Positions 25,397 to 39,259 of a stretch of 64,000 nt of DNA are shown here, piece by piece (the stretch's first letter is position 1; every line of letters starts with the position of its first letter). Source of the DNA: Macrostomum lignano (lineage: Eukaryota); NCBI GenBank assembly GCA_002269645.1, contig NIVC01001989.1, positions 1-64,000 on the forward strand, given 5' to 3'. Below the pieces are notes generated by a model. It ran no database searches and was not told where the DNA came from. It was given only the letters and a program-made list of their open reading frames with translations. The position numbers were made by a program, and so were the translations under genes.

Positions 25397-26124
25397 CTGA
25401 TTGTTAATGCGGAATTGATAATGCGCAATTAGTTCTACTATTAGTAGCTTATATAATTAATACCTTCGCAATGAAAGGTTAGGCGGCAAGCTTGAACGGA
25501 GAAAATGTCTATTACATAAAAATGAGCAAATCTACAAAGTGTGAAAAATCTTAACAAACTATAGAATGTTGCGTCATTTTTGAGTACATTAATTTTGCTA
25601 TTCCTATAATATAAAACAGCCGTAAGCAGGTATATAGAAAATACAAGATAGACTAAGTTCAAGTCAACTAAAACCAGAGATAAAGAGAGACACACAGAAG
25701 ACGAGCTGGTTTTCCTTATTTCCGAGCTAGTCCATATACTAAAAATAGAATCGTACGCAATGCTTCGCGTAGCCGCGAGGTCAGTCAGCTGGTATTTCCA
25801 TTTTTTTTAATGAAGCCTAACAAACAAAAGCCAACCTGCGGCTTTTTTGTGAAGAGTTAGCACTAGAAAGTCTAGAATTTGCCAAATATATTTGCAAGAA
25901 CAGTGATTAAAAAATCATAAGCAATTAAATCATTGTTATACGATTCGGTCAGAGGGTCATTGTAACTGGCTGTCAAAGCCAATAATTCTGTTAGAGCAGG
26001 CACTCAATTCGCGTATATCACAGAGTCACGAAGGCGCTACTTAAAGAAATAGGCGCTAAAAGCCATCATAGATGGCACTTTAGGGTCTCAAGTGGCGCCA
26101 CTGCAAGAGTCACCACTTTTATTG

Positions 26125-26552
26125 TGTCAATGGGCGCCAAATTAGGGTGTCAATGGGCGCCAAATTAGGGTGTCAAGGGGCACCAAATTAGGGTGTCAAG
26201 GGGCGCCAAATTAGGATGTCAAGGGGCGCCAAATTAGGGTGTCAAGGAGCGCCAAATTAGGGTGTCAAGGAGCGCCAAATTAGGGTGTCAAGGGGCGCCA
26301 AATTAGGGTGTCAAGGGACTCCAAATTAGGGTTTCAAGGGGCACCAAATTAGGGTTTTAAGCGGCGCCAAATTAGGGTGTCAAGGGACTCCAAATTAGGG
26401 TTTCAAGGGGCACCAAATTAGGGTTTCAAGGGGCACCAAATTAGGGTGTCAAGCGGCGCCAAATTAGGGTGTCAAGCGGCGCCAAATTAGGGTGTCAAGG
26501 GGCGCCAAATTATGATGTCAAGGGGCGCCAAATTAGGATGTCAAGGGGCGCT
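26125..26552. repeat. 23-bp minisatellite, FoxN2/3 intron 1
   Basis: GGGGCGCCAAATTAGGGTGTCAA. Confidence 0.95.
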
Positions 26553-27573
26553 AGCGCTATATAGTACTGAACAGGGGCATAGATTGCACAGAAAAAATAG
26601 GGAATCTCAGAGTTTAGCTCGGTATCAGTGATTGAAAGCTACCAGAGAGGTTTGTAAATATAAAAAGACGCTAAATAGAAAAGCAGCACAAGAGCTGTGT
26701 TAAAATAAGATTAGAAGTAACACAGGGCACAGCACATGAGCTACTGGTGTGCAAGTGCAAACCTCTTCATCCTCGGCTGCAGAATCGCAATCGGCCACCT
26801 GAGCGCAGATGAGCAAATTTCATTGTAGAATTAATAAAAAACAGTTTTCAAAGCGAACGGTTTTATAACACTTCGGACAACACAAATTATTCAACTAAGC
26901 TAAAGCTGTATTTTACCGCGCGTTCATAACAATAACAGAAGCAACACAATAAATTATTTTTTTAAATTCAAGATTTGTTATTATGTTTTGTTCTTCGTAA
27001 TTTCCGGGTTTGATATTAGGTAAGACTTATCTTTACCCATCACAGAACAGAAGAACGTACAACAAGGCTTTGACCTTCAACTCTTTTTCAACGATTTTTC
27101 AGACGAACCAAAAAAATACAGAATTGAGCAGGCAGGCAAAAATCTGAGGCAAAGTCAAAATTGAGCCCAAAACATTCAATCTCGGTTTCTCTAATCCAAT
27201 TCCTTCATTTGAAGCCAAACAGCTCCCGCTATCGTCTATAAAATATGTGATACAAACACCCCATCTTGAGGCTATTTATACCTCCATCAAGGCGGGGAAA
27301 CACAGAGTGCTGGGGTGGGGGGATAACCTACTTGTCAACATTATTAAGAGATAACGTAATGGGGGCATAACATTACATAGTATCATAACTATCGCTTCTA
27401 TTATTCGTGCATTTGAAGCTCCAAATGAAGGTATTGGATTAGAGAAAACGGGACCGAATGCTTCGGGCTCAATTTTGACTCTTTAATTCACACCCCTTTT
27501 CTCACTAACTACTGGAATCATGCCTTGGCAACAAACAACCAAATTCAATTATCGAAGAAAAAAGCATACTCAC

Positions 27574-28440
27574 GTCGCGGAACACCTTGGTGAAACTTTT
27601 ATTCAACGACAAATTGTGCCGAACGGAATTCTTCCAACCGTTGTTGGCGTGCCGGTAGTAGGGAAAATTGTCCTCAATCCATTGGTAGATCTTCTTAACT
27701 GGCAGGCATTTGTCTGGCGAAGCCTCCAGCGCCATAAAGATTAGGCAGGAGAACGAATAGGGCGGCTTCATCAGCCGGTCGGCCTGGGGATCGTAATCGC
27801 CGCTCAGCGCGCGCAGCGTGGCGCACAACGGCGACGGTGCGTCGTTGGAAGCTGCGGCGGCCGCTGCCGCCACCGTTGACGCGCTGTCTTCAGCTGACTG
27901 CTGCTGCTGCTGCAACGGCGGTGGCTCAGCATCGATGGGATCGCAGCACAGCAGGCCAGCTGGCGACGGCTTCAAACTCACCAGCCAGTCGAAGTCGGCC
28001 AGCTCGCTGTCGCCGCTTGGCGAGCCGCGCAAACTGGCGTAGCAGCTTCTGGACAGCACCGGCTGCTGCTGCTGCACAGCCTCCGCTGACGCCAGCGAGA
28101 TCGTTGGCTCCAGCTTGTTGGCTTCGCCAGCTTCGATAGCTTCAGCTCCGGGCACGTCGCGCAGAGCCCGCGACAGCGAGGCCGACGGATAGGAGGCGGC
28201 CAGACTGTCGGCCAGCTGCACTCGCTGGCGACGTCGCCGAAGCTCCTCGGCTGAGGTGTCCGGCCCGGAAGCCGACGAAGATTCCGGCGTGTCCGGCGGA
28301 GAAGCGATGACGGGAGGCGGAGAGCCGGCGTACAGCAGAGAGATCTCCTCGGGCTGCTCCTGGTCGCTTGAGCCATTGTTGGCGGGAAGAGCTAGAGCTG
28401 AGGACTTTCTGCCCACAGAATCTGCAGCTGCCGATGCCAT
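27574..28440 (-). CDS. FOXN2/3: FoxN2/3-type forkhead transcription factor, coding exon 1
   Basis: [47 protein letters not shown] is diagnostic of FoxN2/3. Donor GAC|GTGAGT. Confidence 0.93.
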
Positions 28441-29473
28441 CTCTGCAACTTTTTTAGCAATGATGCTTATTATGTTTAAGGTTTGGTTTCTAGCTTATTT
28501 CTATTAATAGTTAATCCTGACTTTACAACTGGTCAAGATGTCGTTGAGATTCAAGATGAGGTACGACCTTGGTTGGTGAGGTCTAAAATTAGCCCTAACT
28601 AAGTTCTCTCTAGACTCTAGCATATTAGCCAGTGAAGTCAGTGACTCAATGACTAGGACTGATAGCCTTCTACACATATGTAGCTATAATAGCTGCAACT
28701 ACTCAGACTACTTAATAATTGGCACATTTAGTTATACATGCCTAACTTTGAAATTTTACCCAGGCAATGCAACTTAGTTGCCTTTGGCTGCAACATGGTC
28801 TCTGTTTTGCTTCTTTCTCTTTGTTTTCTCCTTCCCTGTCTCTCCTTTTCGCTCCTCTCTTGCCTTTTTTTCTTTCTTCCCCTATTTTTGTCCAATTTTT
28901 GAAGTAGGTCGCCATTTTTGCAACTTACCTTGGCCAGACCTCTTGCCAACTGGACAAATTGGCCATGTGTTGGGCATGTATGCCTTTAGAACTATACTAT
29001 ACTACAGCCAAAATTAGTTACAAGAGGTTGGATTGTAACTAATATCCTAGTTCACATGATATTAGATGCTAGAATTTTGGGATAATAGAAACAGAAACAG
29101 AATATCTAGCATATAAATATTTTGAAATTGGAAAATATTCATTTTTTAATTAAGCAAGATCACATTTCTGCAAGCAAAAAATCAATTTAATACTTAAATA
29201 ACCTAAAATAGTTTTAATTAAACTTGCTTTACAAATTAATTTACTAAGAATACAAGATTACAAAGTCAAATCCAAATGATAAGTTATATAGAAAGCATTT
29301 GATAAATTAACTAAAATAGTCAATATTATAATACTATAGGAAATGCTACTTTAAAAGTTTAAACATTTACATTATAAGGAAACTTTATAACAAAGCATTT
29401 TAATAAATGGATCTAGACATTGTAATATATATATTACAAATTGATCCAGTTTTAATAAAATCATGATTTTGGC

Positions 29474-29643
29474 CAGTGGCATAGCCAGGGAGGGAAGGCA
29501 GGGGCCTGGGCCTCCTCCCAAAAATTCTGAAGAAAAAATTGCCCCTCCCCTGAAATTCCAGTAAAAAAACCCCACTTTCCTATACCCCTTCCTCTGGGTA
29601 CTGAATGGCCCCTCCCAAAAAAAAATTTCTGGCTGTGCCATTG
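29474..29643. mobile_element. Short hAT-like MITE
   Basis: CAGTGGCATAGCCAG ... CTGGCTGTGCCATTG imperfect TIRs with G/C-run subterminal tracts. No TSD recognisable. Confidence 0.55.
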
Positions 29644-30982
29644 AAAAAAATCATATTTGAAATTGTGCACTTTTTTAAACTAGCATTGAGAAAACTTTAT
29701 AAATATTTCAATACAGGCTGCCAACAAGAAAAATTCTCTTTTTCCTCTTTCAAGTTTATAATGTAAAAGGACCAAGCAATATTTCTTCTATCCTGGTTTT
29801 AGAAGATAACAAATCTCCAAAGTTTGGGAGAATTAATATTTAGATTTAGAAACTAAGAAATCACCTTAATAATAAAATATTTAAAAGTAGAACACCTAAT
29901 AAATCAAGAATAATAATTTCTAGATTCAAAATCTAAGAAATCACCTTAAATCAGAACATTTATTAGATAGCAGGAATATATAGATTTAAAATCTAAGAAC
30001 TTTCTTAAAGCAAAATATCTACTAAAGTATAAGCTGCGACCCTTTGATCCTAGATAAGTAAAGAGAGGAAAACAATACCTATGGCTATGCACAACTTGAT
30101 AATAGTAATAGAATATTTTAATATAAAATGGCCCTATTATAACCCAGGATAGAATTCTTGTTTGGGGAAAGGAAAATGTGTGCGTACATGCAAGTGCATG
30201 TCAGCTAGAATTAGACTATAGTATAGATCATGGCAGCCTGGCTAGTAGGGCCATAATGCTAGAATGCCATATTTTTTGTAGAAAATATTCTTTAAAAATT
30301 ATGAGATTTTCACAAAACTTAAAAGTAACTATTTTTTTTTAAAACTATTATTTTGTTTTACTTTTGTTTTAGAATTTTCCAGCATAAAAGCAATCTTCTG
30401 GACCTAAGAATAGGCCTAATAGAAGAACTTAAGCGCACATAACCATGTTGTATATATGTAAAGTCAAAGCCTATATATGATTTTGCAGCAAATAGCTTTT
30501 TATACAAGGGCATATAAGCATACACATACCTTCCTTAAGAGCATGCAAGTGAGCCCTTTTTCAGTGTGCAAGTGCACACAAATTTGACAAGCATGCATAA
30601 ATGTGTAACAACTTTTATGCAAGAATTCTATCTTGGATAACAATCTAGTAGCATTATTAAGATTTGAAATTAGGTCAATACTGTTACATAGGTTATTTAG
30701 TATTATAATAGGTCTTTGCATTTCCAAAAGTAAGAAAATCTAGACCTAATTAAAAAGGCTAAATGTTGTTAGTTCAGCTATAAATTCAAATTAAAAATAA
30801 AATTGCAACAAAAACTATATATTATTAGTGCTAGTATTCTTTTATAATTTTATTACTATTAGGCCTAGGCATGGCACCTAAGAGTCTTTGTTTTAGGCAT
30901 ATTAAAAAAAAATGAATGTTTTTTATACCTAGGCTATATCATATGCCTAGTTTAAAAATTAGTTCAATGTATGGGCAAGGCA

Positions 30983-31370
30983 GCCCTATTGCAGCCAAGG
31001 TCTGAACCGCGCCGGACGCCCCCCTTTCCCGCGCCAGACATCGGCAATCTTCAAGTTTCGTTCGTTTAATTATTTCCGGAATTATTTCGCCCTCTATTCA
31101 AGGGTGGTGGGGGGTGGGTGTTGGAATTAAACTAACGAAACTTGAAGATAACCCAGACATCTACCCATACTGCGCCAGGGCCAGTCCCCAGGATCAGTGA
31201 TTTGGTTCAATTAGTCAGTCAATGGCTCGCCGCGCGCCGCGCGCCGCCGCCACACGCCACGCCACCGCGCGCCGCCGCCACGCGCTCCGCCGCCGCCGCG
31301 CGCTGCGCCGCCGCCAGGCCAATCCGCGCCGGACGCTGTCCACGAAAATGGCCATTGGCTGCAATAGGGC
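30983..31370. mobile_element. MITE-like element, 16-bp perfect TIR, apparent 6-bp TSD AAGGCA
   Basis: GCCCTATTGCAGCCAA ... TTGGCTGCAATAGGGC. AAGGCA at 30977-30982 and 31371-31376. Inner 23-bp inverted repeat near 31050/31125. Confidence 0.62.
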
Positions 31371-32319
31371 AAGGCAAGTCCTTGCCTCAGACTTGGTTTG
31401 ATAAACCTAAGGGAAAACTACTTACTACTGGAAGTGGAACCAACTAAGAATCAACCTCAACCCTTGTCTTACTCAGAGTCATATCCTATTCCTATGCCAT
31501 ACTCATTATGTATAATGCATAACTAATGCATAATTGTTCATGGCACAAATCGCATAAATATTTTGGCAATCCTCTAGTTTGCCAATATTTCATCAACCAT
31601 GCATGCTAAATCCAATTTAAGAGACTATTTATATCATTTTAGACTATAGCTAGCTACTGGTTGTGGTTATGCCTCCGTGCCAAACAACAACAAAAATTTC
31701 AAAAACTAAGTGAGTTAGCTTAATAATATTAATTCGTTTAGGTAGGGGCCTAATGTATAAAAATGGCAAAACTAGAATACACGAAAGGCAGTAAAAACCT
31801 ATAAAAATCCATAAGTAGCTGTAATATTATATAAATGGGCCACTTAATTTAACTTCTATTCTTCTACCAATTTCAGTTTTCTAGTTAAAAACAAAGGCAA
31901 CCTTGGCCCTTGAACGACCTTTCGGTTTTTGTTTGCTATTATTGATCAATATTGAGTCATTAACAACAACGTTTTATTTTGTCTTAAATTTAGCTCAGTT
32001 AAACAAAAGCGTCTCATTTAACTAACTTTTGGCTATAGTAGTTTATTACAATTAAAAAACAAAAAAGCACAAGTATTTCATAAAACTTAAATTTCGTTTT
32101 AACTAACTTTGCATTATGTAAGTAACGCAACCTGCTTAATACAATAAAACGAGCGTACTTACTTACCGTTGAAAAATTATATTATTATATGGATCACGTG
32201 GCCCGCCAGTTAAAGTCACCGCGGCTTAAGATGATGGATTACATATTTGCACGGATTAGTTGTTCGCGAGCCATTATTTTAACGTTACACTTTTCCATAG
32301 TGAACAATACGAAATATCG

Positions 32320-34720
32320 GCCTTTAAAACCCCGAGGATGCGGGTGGCCTGCTCTGCAGGCCATAGCTAATGGTCTATGGCTTGCGAATAATTTGAATGC
32401 TGCTTCGAAAAATAAGTCTGCATAACCGTAGCTTGCGGCTTTGCCTGCTCAGCAGGCCATGACTATTTTTTTATACAGAAAACATTTGTGAGTCACGGTC
32501 AACGAGTTTTTCTATCTGATGAAGTCATTTTTAATAAGAAACAGTAAAAATCAAGAAGATAAATTGCTATAACGTATAAACAATGTTTAACAGCTAAACA
32601 GCAACAATAACACCTGTTTATAACCAGATGGCATATTGGGTATAACGTCGGTTTCTCGCTCTAAATTATTTTCTTGATTTTCAGAAATTAATACTTTAAT
32701 GCTTTTAAACCTGCGTTACTGATTATTTTCCGGCCTTTCCAGATTAGGAATTCAGAAGCCTGCTTCATTTTCCTGCTTTGGAGTTTGGACTATTACATTG
32801 TGTTACTGTTGACTTTTTACCCTGTGACTTTTTACTTGTTTCTTTTACATTTGTAGACTGTAAGTTTAAAAGAATCCGGAAAAGAATTTAGAGCGGGAAA
32901 CCGAAGTTATGCCGCAAATTGTTTGTCAATTAAGTATGAGCTGCCTTTGGCTTTGAAAACTAGAAAAAATTAAGTTACACCTGAGCGGCATGCCAGTCGG
33001 CAAAGCAGGGGCTGCGCACAGTCCAGGGTTGCCTTCACATGATCCGCAACAGAAGACGGTTTTCTTGGCCTGGCCATTTTTGTAGCACTGCCTGCACCGC
33101 TTCGTTGGTCGGGCCTGCGCTTCGGTGGCTTCAATGCGCTTCAGCGAGTGCTGTTGGTGAGCCACTGCATGGGTTGTATGGCTGCAAGGCAGAGTCCAGC
33201 CTGTCGACACCACCCATAAATATGTTGTACGACACAACTGTCTGTTGCTTCTGCTAGATGACCAGTTCGTTTCGCACGATTCGGTGAACAGGATGAAGTT
33301 GGGCTACGCCTTGCGTGTCAAGGAAGTAAACTTTCTTTAGGCCCGAGCTCTTCCTGTCATCGGCGCGAACTGTGCATGTCAGCATGGTGCTCCGCTGCAG
33401 CAGATACATGTACATGTACATCGCAAGACGATAAGATCCGAACCAGCTATCGCAGAAGACGTGATAACCTAAATCCAATACGTACCTAACTGCCTCCACC
33501 AGGACTTTCTCACTCAGAGACAGCCCCCCACACCCGAGACCTTGACCGAATCGCTCATTCTCAGCTCTACTAGAGTGCACTAAGAAGTTGCTCACGTAAC
33601 CGTATCTAGCTTTGCAAAGACAATACAGTTTGATGCCATATCGCGCTTTCTTGGATGGAATATACTGACGAAACATGACGCGACCCCTGAACAGAACAAG
33701 CTCTTCGTCGACACTAATTTCTTTTTCTGGCATGTACGCACTGCGACATATCTCAGCTACACGCGTAATAAATGGTCTTGCCTTTGCTAGCGGGTCGTTT
33801 CCATCGAAGTTGTTGCAGTCATAGAAGCGCAGCTGGCTACTGATCTGTTGGTACCTGTCCCTTGTCAGGCAAGCGAGTTGTTGGAAGAAACGTGTTGCGT
33901 AGAAATCATCTTTGCTCCAATAGTTGGCGATCTCGGGCTTTTTAACTATTCCCGATATGTAAAGCGACATGGCGACAAACTTCTTCATCTCGTCCACGGT
34001 GACGTCTTTCCACGCAGAGAACCTTTGAGGCAGGTTTGGCATCGATGCTTGTAGCTCGTCGAATTTGCGCCACGCCCGCGCATTGGTCCAAGTGCAGAGC
34101 TGTTGCAGCAGGTCAGCAGTCAGAAACAGCTTGAAAAACGCAGCTGGATCGTCATCGGCAGTCTCTGGCCTCGGCAAGTCAGGATCCATACCAGGCATTC
34201 CTAAAGAACTCGGGCTCTGTATCTGGCCGTTGATCCTGCCCAGCTTCCCGTGTCACCCAAGCATCATTTGGCAAGCCTCCGGCGTCTTCATTTGGCTGGA
34301 GATGCAGGTCCCCCTCTTCTTCATCTTCACCCTCATCCGCTGTTAGCCAGCCTTCCTCCTCCTCTAGTTCGGAGTCGGTATCCGGATCAAAATGCACTTG
34401 AGCAGCCATGACAAACACTGTCCGATACTTGGAAATTATTGCACTAAATAAAGCTGCTGATGATTTAATTAATTAATTGGCACTTGACCTTGATCATATA
34501 GCTTCAAGCTTTCTTGATTTGATGAATTCCACAATTTTACTGTGTCATTTATACCCACCCACCCGTCCATCCACCCCACTCCACTTTATTTTTTGCTTTC
34601 ATGTTTATCCTTTATTGCAACGAGTATAAGCTAATCCGCCTGCTATCGCAGGCTAAGGCTTTGTCAAAAATATGCTGAAATAGTCTATGGCCTGCTCTGC
34701 AGGCCATTCCGCAAGCTACG
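32320..34720 (-). mobile_element. Degenerate piggyBac (PGBD/DDE_Tnp_1_7) element with subterminal inverted/palindromic repeats
   Basis: Transposase fragments from about 34409 to 32975: acidic N-terminus, ISVDEELVLFRGR, KKARYGIKLYCLC, VFCDSWF, YNIFMGGVDRLD and C-terminal CRD RCRQC..CGSC..LC..CF..WH. 32426-32470 is inverted relative to 34678-34720. The right TTAA terminus was not found. Confidence 0.88.
32975..34409 (-). pseudogene. piggyBac transposase pseudogene (frameshifts near 34205, 33260, 33015; internal deletions)
   Basis: The three catalytic-Asp motifs fall in different frames. Segments normally found between GTVR and D..V..LST, and after the YN..GGVD motif (the KW.KK block), are missing. 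Confidence 0.82.
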
Positions 34721-36184
34721 TTGGTGAATAGAATCCCAAACAGCAGTTGGCTGACATACTCTCGTATTGTTTTTACTATGTATTTACAAATCATAGTGTA
34801 AAATATACAACAAGATCGACGCAGAGGGCCGATTCGGAGACCTCTTGCTATAATATGTTTGTATATAGAACACGCACATGTATGGTGGGGAATGGAAGGT
34901 TGTGATCATCTGCATTAAGTGTTTTAGTGCTTGCAAGGAATTTATATATATATACTTGCGTATTTAGTCATTCGACTGTACAATTTTAAAATTTCATAAC
35001 CGAAAAGCAGTGCCTGTTTCCGTTTCGCACAAGACACGTACACTAGGGCAAAAACGTATACATGTACAGTATATGTAGCTCACATACCACGTCGACGCAC
35101 ATTTACGTGTACTTTATATTTACATACACACCTTATTTAGAGAATTTAGCTGAAACTTCAGCCCCGCACATAGCCCACATGGCCCAGCTGAATCATGGAT
35201 CGTATTTTTAAAAACGCTATAGCTGTCGTGAAAATCGGTTTTAATCGGTTGAATTGCCGTTTCTTTACAAGATCTGACTTGAGTTTCTGTGAAAGAACAC
35301 ACAAGAACGTAAGGTCTTCACTATTAAAATTAAATTTTCTCGACAAAATTTCTTGCGTCTATGACGATACCCGATTTATGAATGCAACATGCAATTCTCA
35401 GATCATCGTGTAACATATTTCTAATTAAAAAAGGAAAATCATGTTTAATTGCATGATTTTCCCAACACTATAATTTTGGTGTGAAGTTTGTTCAATTTTC
35501 AAGTGGCTGAATTACTTCTACAACCAAGCAAGAACATGCAGTATAGAATTATCAGCTTCCAGAATCTCACCCTGTCAAAATGCAATGCAGCTGCTGGGAA
35601 CTCACGCGAATTTTTACGCCATGCCATCTGTCAACCTTCTGACATATTGTAACATGAGTAGTAGAATTCACGTCGCGGAAGTTATATTAGCTAGCTAGCT
35701 ATCGATTCGCACAGAACTTTAAATTGACAGATTCTTCGCCAGATGCATGGCATTCAAGAGAAGCAGAGTCAATTGTTTGCTATTGGCTGGCAGGCCAGCA
35801 GCCAATCAGATCGACGCCCTGGCTCTTGTTCAGTAGGAATTAAACACTTCAAAACAGCCACAGCAGACGTTTGCTTTCGCACAGCCAGGTAGAAAACTTT
35901 CCCCATGGCATAGCGAGAGACGTGGGGGATGAGTTCCCCATCTAGTTCCAACATCCGCTGGTAAATATTGAAGCTCTCGGCCAGCAGGCTTCGGTGCAAG
36001 GTAAGTGTCAGCAGACATTGGGTATTATCAAGAATGGTGGCAGTTGCGTTCAGGCGATTGATGGAAGAAAATATGAACTGACAGTCAGGCCTTTTGCGGC
36101 TATATGTTAAGCCACAATTCATAGCTACAACAGTATACGACAGTACACCATAGTGTCACGGTAAGCCACGTCTACATGTATGGC

Positions 36185-36840
36185 TACTATAGTGTCACAT
36201 CCTGCCCCACATTCACACAGTGTCCACTATAACAGCCTCACATTCACACAGTGTCCACTATAATAGCCCCACATTCACACAGTGTTCACTATAATGGCCC
36301 CACATTCACACAGTGTTCACTATAATGGCCCCACATTCACACAGTGTCCACTATAACAGCCTCACATTCACACAGTGTCCACTATAATGGCCCCACATTC
36401 ACACAGTGTCCACTATAACAGCCTCACATTCACACAGTGTCCACTATGATAGCCTCACATTTACACATTTTCCACTATAATAGCCCCAAATTCACACAAT
36501 GTCTACTATAATAGCCCCACATTCACACAGTGTTCACTATAATGGCCCGAAATTCACACAGTGTCCACTATAATGGCCCCAAATTCACACAGTATCCACT
36601 ATAATGGCCCCACATTCACACAGTGTCCACTATAATGGCCCCAAATTTACACAGTGTCCCTATAATGGCCCCACATTCATACAGTCTCCACTATAATGGC
36701 CCCAAATTCATACAGTCTCCACTATAATGGCCTCACATTCACACAGTGTCCACTATGATAGCCCCACATTCACACAGTGTCCACTATAATAGCCTCACAT
36801 TCACACAGTGTCCACTATAATGGCCCCAAATTCACACAGT
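36185..36840. repeat. 31-bp minisatellite upstream of the GT32 acceptor/ATG
   Basis: CCACATTCACACAGTGTCCACTATAATGGCC. Confidence 0.95.
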
Positions 36841-36899
36841 GCCCAGCAAGTACACAACAGAATGCAGTTCTCGCATATCCCGCACTCTTCCCCAAGCAG

Positions 36900-37584
36900 A
36901 TGCGATTAACCTGCCTGCAGTGGCGCCGCCGCAACAGCCAACAGCAGCTCCTGTGGGCGCTACTGACCGGCGCCAGCGCCCTCCTAACCCTGGTCGTCCT
37001 GTTCGGCCCGCTCCAGTCGCCATTTCGCTACTGGGGCCGCCCGCCGCCGCTTGTTCACCAGATGTGCTCGGACCTGGGCAGCATCCCCAGGCAGTACCGG
37101 CCCTACGCCGAGTCCTGGCTGACCAGCCACCCCCGCCACCGCTACCTGCTGTGGACGGACAGCGGGCTGCGCCGCCTGCTGGCCAGGCACTACCCGGAGG
37201 CAGCCAACTGGACCCGGCGCCTGCTGCGCTCCCGCCTGGAGTTCTCCGACGTGGCCCGCTACTACCTGCTGCTGCACTACGGCGGCATCTACGCCGACTT
37301 GGACGTGCGCGCGCGGCGCCAACTGCCGGCCTATCTGGACAGTCTGGCCAACCGAAAATCGGCCGCCTGCGGCTGCTACCTCGGCCAGGAGCCCGTCGCA
37401 CACGCTGTGCTGCTGTTCGGCTTGCCCTGGTTGCCTAGCAACGCGCTAATGGCGTGCTCGCCAGGGCACAGCTTCCTGCGATTCGTCACCGACCTGTTGC
37501 CGCTGTACGTCAGCCGGCGGGCCAGCGCCCTGCCCGGCGAGGGCGAGAGCCGCCTGGGCGGCTTCGGGGCCAACAAGTACACGG
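36900..37584 (+). CDS. Glycosyltransferase family 32 (DXD; SUR1/OCH1-like), exon 1
   Basis: TM anchor, PPLVHQM..SWLTSHPRHRYLLWTD..SDVARYYLLLHYGGIYADLDV..SNALMACSPGHSFL. ATG directly follows a cAG acceptor. Donor G|GTGAGC. Confidence 0.88.
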
Positions 37585-37702
37585 GTGAGCTTGGCCGGCT
37601 GCCAGCCTGCGACTGTTAAGGCCTAAATATCGGCCTTCAAATTTGCATTGGCTGATTACTTCTTAGAAGGGAAACCCTTTTCTATGAGTAAGAAATTTTT
37701 CC

Positions 37703-38555
37703 AAGCTTAAACAGAAACCATTGCAAGCTTAAACAGAAACCAATGCAAGCTTAAACAGAAACCATTGCAAGCTTAAACAGAAACCAATGCAAGCTTAAAC
37801 AGAAACCAATGCAAGCTTAAACAGAAACCAATGCAAGCTTAAACAGAAACCAATGCAAGCTTAAACAGAAACCATTGCAAGCTTAAACAGAAACCAATGC
37901 AAGCTTAAACAGAAACCAATGCAAGCTTAAACAGAAACCATTGCAAGCTTAAACAGAAACCAATGCAAGCCTAAACAGAAACCAATGCAAGCTCAAACAG
38001 AAACCATTGCAAGCTTAAACAGAAACCAATGCAAGCTTAAACAGAAACCAATGCAAGCTTAAACAGAAACCATTGCAAGCTTAAACAGAAACCAATGCAA
38101 GCCTAAACAGAAACCAATGCAAGCTTAAACAGAAACCAATGCAAGCTTAAACAGAAACCAATGCAAGCTTAAACAGAAACCATTGCAAGCTTAAACAGAA
38201 ACCAATGCAAGCCTAAACAGAAACCAATGCAAGCTCAAACAGAAACCATTGCAAGCTTAAACAGAAACCAATGCAAGCTTAAACAGAAACCAATGCAAGC
38301 TTAAACAGAAACCATTGCAAGCTTAAACAGAAACCAATGCAAGCCTAAACAGAAACCAATGCAAGCCTAAACAGAAACCATTGCAAGCCTAAACAGAAAC
38401 CAATGCAAGCTCAAACAGAAACCATTGCAAGCTTAAACAGAAACCAATGCAAGCCTAAACAGAAACCAATGCAAGCTCAAACAGAAACCATTGCAAGCTT
38501 AAACAGAAACCAATGCAAGCTTAAACAAAAACCAATGCAAGCTTAAACAGAAACC
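37703..38555. repeat. 22-bp minisatellite, GT32 intron
   Basis: AAGCTTAAACAGAAACCAATGC. Confidence 0.97.
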
Positions 38556-39259
38556 GTCGCAAGCTCCACAAGCCTCCAGCAAAAAGTTTCTTTAAATGGG
38601 CCAAGAATTTCGGTACAGCCGTATAAAATGCGTTGATTTTAAGGCACGCACGCGGGGATTAGACTGGGTTAAAAAAGCTGGCTATAACACAAAAGGGACT
38701 CTAAGGTGGATTTTTTATTTGAATTCAACCGGACAGCACTATGAGACAAAAGCTTCATCATCCTTACTCAGCTGAGTTTTCAATGTAATATCCGGTCTCC
38801 TCGGAGTCTTTTGTTTCACTTTCTATTGTGTGTTTCCAAGCGGAGGGTGAATCAGGTTTCCCCTCGGTCAGCTGGCTGTACTTTAACAATACAATACGCA
38901 CCCAAAATTGTCCACGCCTGCGCAAGAGGGCGATTGGGGATTGAAAAAAATGTTCGACTGTTTGAGTTTAGGCCATAGACAGTGAAAATAAGGCAACAAA
39001 GAATGAACAGCGAAACAAGTCCACGCTGTGTACAGGTCTAAAACACAGTCAGTAACGGGTATCGAGCGTGCAACAGACTCTCACTCGTCGAAGCATTTCC
39101 AGAACAAGGCGAAGCATGTGGTTGAGCTCCAGATCAGCCATTTGGCGGACGATCGTTGTCGTCTGTGTTACACAGATGCCTCCACTTTACTCATGTACAC
39201 TCGATATTGTGACGCTTCTCCCTGTGACGCCAGATATAATCGGACTTTACTTCCCTGCC

